A DNA stretch of 64,000 nt from Escherichia coli. GTDB taxonomy: Bacteria; Pseudomonadota; Gammaproteobacteria; Enterobacterales; Enterobacteriaceae. Shown here piece after piece: positions 63,200-64,000 of the stretch; within the stretch, counting starts at the first letter, position 1, and the number at the start of each line of letters is the position of its first letter. The position numbers were made by a program, and so were the translations under genes. Below the pieces are notes generated by a model. It was not told the DNA's origin and ran no database searches. It worked only from the letters and a program-made list of their open reading frames with translations. Location of the stretch: assembly GCA_005400705.1 (NCBI GenBank), contig GCA_005400705.1_4079.1; one strand, 5' to 3'.

Positions 63200-63687
63200 C
63201 TAAATCAATGAAAAATTCATTTGATAAAATCAAGAGTTGTCTTGATGGAGAAAATATTACAAGTGTTACACAAACTGCTGACCAAATTCAAAGCAGTTCA
63301 AGTGATTGCACTGTTATTTTTGGTTTACATAGTCTGCGTTTATCAATAGTAAATAATATTGACAACACTGCTATTGTAATCACACCATGCAATATTCAAA
63401 ATGAGAATGGTGTATATCTTCATCACATGGGAACAGTATTTCACATTTTCAATTCAAACGAAAACATTGTTAAGGAATACAATACTCTTAATATTGATTC
63501 AGGTGAATTATTTCAAATGAGTACTTTGTACTCATGTAATTTTACAGATACTTCATGTATTTTGCCATTTTTCTTGGAAATTATTAAGAAAATGGAAAAT
63601 TTAAAACGTGAATACAATAAAGAAATGGTTCCTGAAGCTATATTAAATATTACTAATGCTATAGAGAAGTATAATGCAGTGACTTAA
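63190..63687 (+). CDS. Family C protein
   Basis: 165 aa; core GELFQMSTLYS. Confidence 0.65.
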   Translation: MYLTKSMKNSFDKIKSCLDGENITSVTQTADQIQSSSSDCTVIFGLHSLRLSIVNNIDNTAIVITPCNIQNENGVYLHHMGTVFHIFNSNENIVKEYNTLNIDSGELFQMSTLYSCNFTDTSCILPFFLEIIKKMENLKREYNKEMVPEAILNITNAIEKYNAVT

Positions 63688-63729
63688 TAAAAACGCACAT
63701 GGAGTGCATTAGAAGATCAAGGATAGATC

Positions 63730-64000
63730 ATGGAGATTAAAACTGTTGAAAATGGGAAAATTGATGACATTTTAGAGTTGGACGCATTCAAAGTTCATGA
63801 TATAATGTTTAATGTGAAGGACATTATTCAATGTCTATTTTTGTGTAGCAAGACAATGCATGATTTTTTTCACAACCCAAATACTAACGTTTTTATACTA
63901 ACAATCAGTACTGAAAACTCGTTTATCATGGGTATGCCTATGAGTACAAATGAACAATATATTGATTGTGTTATTCGTAATAACGATAGTATTACGCCAC
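63730..64000 (+). CDS. Hypothetical protein (partial, continues beyond right edge)
   Basis: ATG 63730 (MEIKTVENGKIDD...) open to end of window, hand-translated with no stop. Confidence 0.5.
   Translation, partial: MEIKTVENGKIDDILELDAFKVHDIMFNVKDIIQCLFLCSKTMHDFFHNPNTNVFILTISTENSFIMGMPMSTNEQYIDCVIRNNDSITP

Larger units (their letters stand above)
35687..63687 (+). repeat. Tandem array of family C paralogous genes (about 50 copies)
   Basis: Head-to-tail ORFs of 100-227 aa sharing (D/E)E-x-(Y/L/M/F)-F-Q-x-S-(L/T)-(V/I) followed by an acidic/hydrophobic stretch; N-terminal halves highly divergent. Confidence 0.8.

Noticed and set aside
29781-63687. CRISPR array as an explanation for the tandem periodicity
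   Set aside because: The repeat units are 200-600 bp protein-coding paralogs with divergent sequence, not short identical repeats separated by spacers.
35687-63687. Family C core as a genuine TEV/NIa-type protease cleavage site
   Set aside because: Only P6 Glu and P2-P1 Phe-Gln match consistently, no protease gene is visible, and a buried structural motif is the simpler explanation; kept only as a testable aside.
1-64000. Integrase, transposase or IS element that would mark a mobile island
   Set aside because: No such ORF or terminal inverted repeat pair was recognisable; the repeated elements are promoter-associated modules rather than classic insertion sequences.

Overview
This 64 kb window looks like a hyperplastic accessory region of a large, AT-rich, virulent phage genome, most consistent with a T4-type or jumbo phage; no core replication or virion genes are recognisable. 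It contains: (1) five minus-strand paralogs of an RCC1-like repeat protein (1-5332), all starting MLPFVRMFDYGN; (2) a plus-strand tandem array of about 18 small genes of about 60 aa (family A, 5430-9416); (3) a 1.9 kb ORF-free region packed with AGTACT palindromes and direct repeats (9420-11340); (4) about 50 small plus-strand genes, most preceded by a sigma70-like promoter and a GC-rich 5' stem-loop resembling PeSL cassettes (11340-29530), including a TraR/DksA-like zinc finger, a GNAT-like protein and a kinase-like protein; (5) a tandem array of about 32 genes of about 70 aa with an LGTNYQ core (family B, 29781-37306); and (6) a tandem array of about 50 genes of 100-200 aa sharing an EE-x-x-FQ-x-S core (family C, 35687-63687). 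AGTACT is strongly over-represented throughout and sits inside several promoter classes. All calls come from reading the sequence and the ORF track by eye; no database search, counting script or RNA folding was run, so coordinates of regulatory elements are approximate.
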